A DNA stretch of 62,228 nucleotides from Clostridia bacterium. Its GTDB lineage: Bacteria > Bacillota > Clostridia > Oscillospirales > UBA644. The stretch spans positions 1 through 62,228 of the forward strand of contig JAGAOB010000047.1 in NCBI GenBank assembly GCA_017623895.1. The letters are read 5' to 3'. The position numbers and the translations under genes were made by a program. Under the pieces are notes generated by a model. That model ran no database searches. It was not told the DNA's origin and saw only the letters and a list, made by a program, of their open reading frames with translations. This document shows, in pieces, positions 61,349 through 62,228 of this stretch (its first letter is position 1; each line of letters begins with the position of its first letter).

Positions 61349-62228
61349 ATGAAAATGACGTTCCGTTGGTACGGAGAGGGAAACGATCTCATCACCCCTG
61401 CTCACATCCGACAGATCCCCGGCGTTTCGGGGCTGGTGTGGGCATTGCATCACAAGATGCCCGGGGAGGTTTGGGAGGTTTCGGAGATTGCCGAGGTCCA
61501 AAAACAGCTGGAGCCCTACGGCTTTCATATGGACGTGGTGGAATCGGTCAACGTCCACGACGATATTAAAATCGGACTTCCCACCCGTGATGAATATATC
61601 GAAAATTATAAACAAACCATCCGCAACCTTTCTCAATTCGGCGTTAAGGTGATCTGCTATAATTTTATGCCGATCTTTGACTGGACCCGCAGTGATCTGT
61701 TCCATCCCGTAGGAGACGGCTCGACCGCCTTGTTTTACGAAAAGGGAATGATCCAGACCGATTACAACGCTATGGCGAAATATATTCTCGATTTTACCGA
61801 GAAATACGATATGAGCTTCCCCGGATGGGAGCCCGAGCGGATGGGGAAGCTGGACGAGCTTTTCAAGGCGTACGCCCACGTAGACCACGAAACGCTGTGG
61901 GCAAACCTTAAGTATTTTCTGGAAGCCATTATGCCCACCTGTCGGGAGTGCGATATTAAAATGGCCATCCATATGGACGATCCGCCGTGGGATATTTTCG
62001 GCCTCCCCCGTCTTCTGACCTGCGAGGAAAACATTGATCGCTTCCTGAAAATGGTGGATGACGAGTACAACTGTCTGACCCTCTGCTCCGGGTCTCTGAA
62101 TGCAGATCCGAGAAACGACGTGGCCAAGATCATCCGTAAGCATTGCGATCGCATCGCCTTTGCGCATATCCGCAACGTCAAGCACTTTGAAAACGGAGAT
62201 TTTTCCGAGGCACGCCATCGGGATTGCG
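61349..62228 (+). CDS. uxuA: mannonate dehydratase (3' end beyond window)
   Basis: I translated this by hand from the ATG at 61349 (aaggag RBS): MKMTFRWYGEGNDLITPAHIRQIPGVSGLVWALH.... The frame stays open to the window edge and is not in the ORF track because no stop is reached. Confidence 0.88.
   Translation, partial: MKMTFRWYGEGNDLITPAHIRQIPGVSGLVWALHHKMPGEVWEVSEIAEVQKQLEPYGFHMDVVESVNVHDDIKIGLPTRDEYIENYKQTIRNLSQFGVKVICYNFMPIFDWTRSDLFHPVGDGSTALFYEKGMIQTDYNAMAKYILDFTEKYDMSFPGWEPERMGKLDELFKAYAHVDHETLWANLKYFLEAIMPTCRECDIKMAIHMDDPPWDIFGLPRLLTCEENIDRFLKMVDDEYNCLTLCSGSLNADPRNDVAKIIRKHCDRIAFAHIRNVKHFENGDFSEARHRDC

Overview
This 62.2-kb window is a chromosomal segment from a fairly GC-rich, spore-forming Firmicute. 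I infer class Clostridia from gene content only and cannot assign a species. Most of it is housekeeping. It holds ddl and the ffs(SRP RNA)-dnaX-ybaB-recR-mrnC cluster. It holds rsuA-like, dusB, spoIIAA-spoIIAB-sigF, reverse rubrerythrin, thiI plus a cysteine desulfurase, rmuC and pcrA. It also holds sleB and ypeB (unlinked), tRNA-Val(GAC), mgtE, two MDR-type ABC exporters and nrdDG with NrdR boxes. Two metabolic loci stand out. The first (34.3-39.3 kb) is a Na+-pump decarboxylase locus that carries both a 12S-type and a 5S-type carboxyltransferase around a single free-standing biotin carrier. The second (50.5-62.2 kb) is a glucuronide/hexuronate locus with two GPH transporters, a GH2 enzyme with the glucuronidase NxK signature, an AraC regulator, uxaC and uxuA. 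I found no CRISPR array, transposase, integrase or recognisable defence system. Six things seem most worth a second look. (1) An AT-rich two-cassette islet (57.4-59.8 kb) splits the hexuronate locus. Each cassette is a lipoprotein gene behind a conserved ~160-nt leader element that shows a compensatory base-pair change. (2) At five or more places, tandem repeats are seeded from the last codons and stop codon of a gene. (3) A translationally coupled pair of MutS-domain-V-like proteins has lost the Walker A and B motifs. (4) The mgtE leader is built of three tandem repeats and has no M-box. (5) An orphan promoter drives a ~195-nt structured RNA candidate that ends in two terminators. (6) A DapF-like protein lacks both catalytic cysteines. 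All protein family calls come from reading motifs in the supplied translations; no database search was run.
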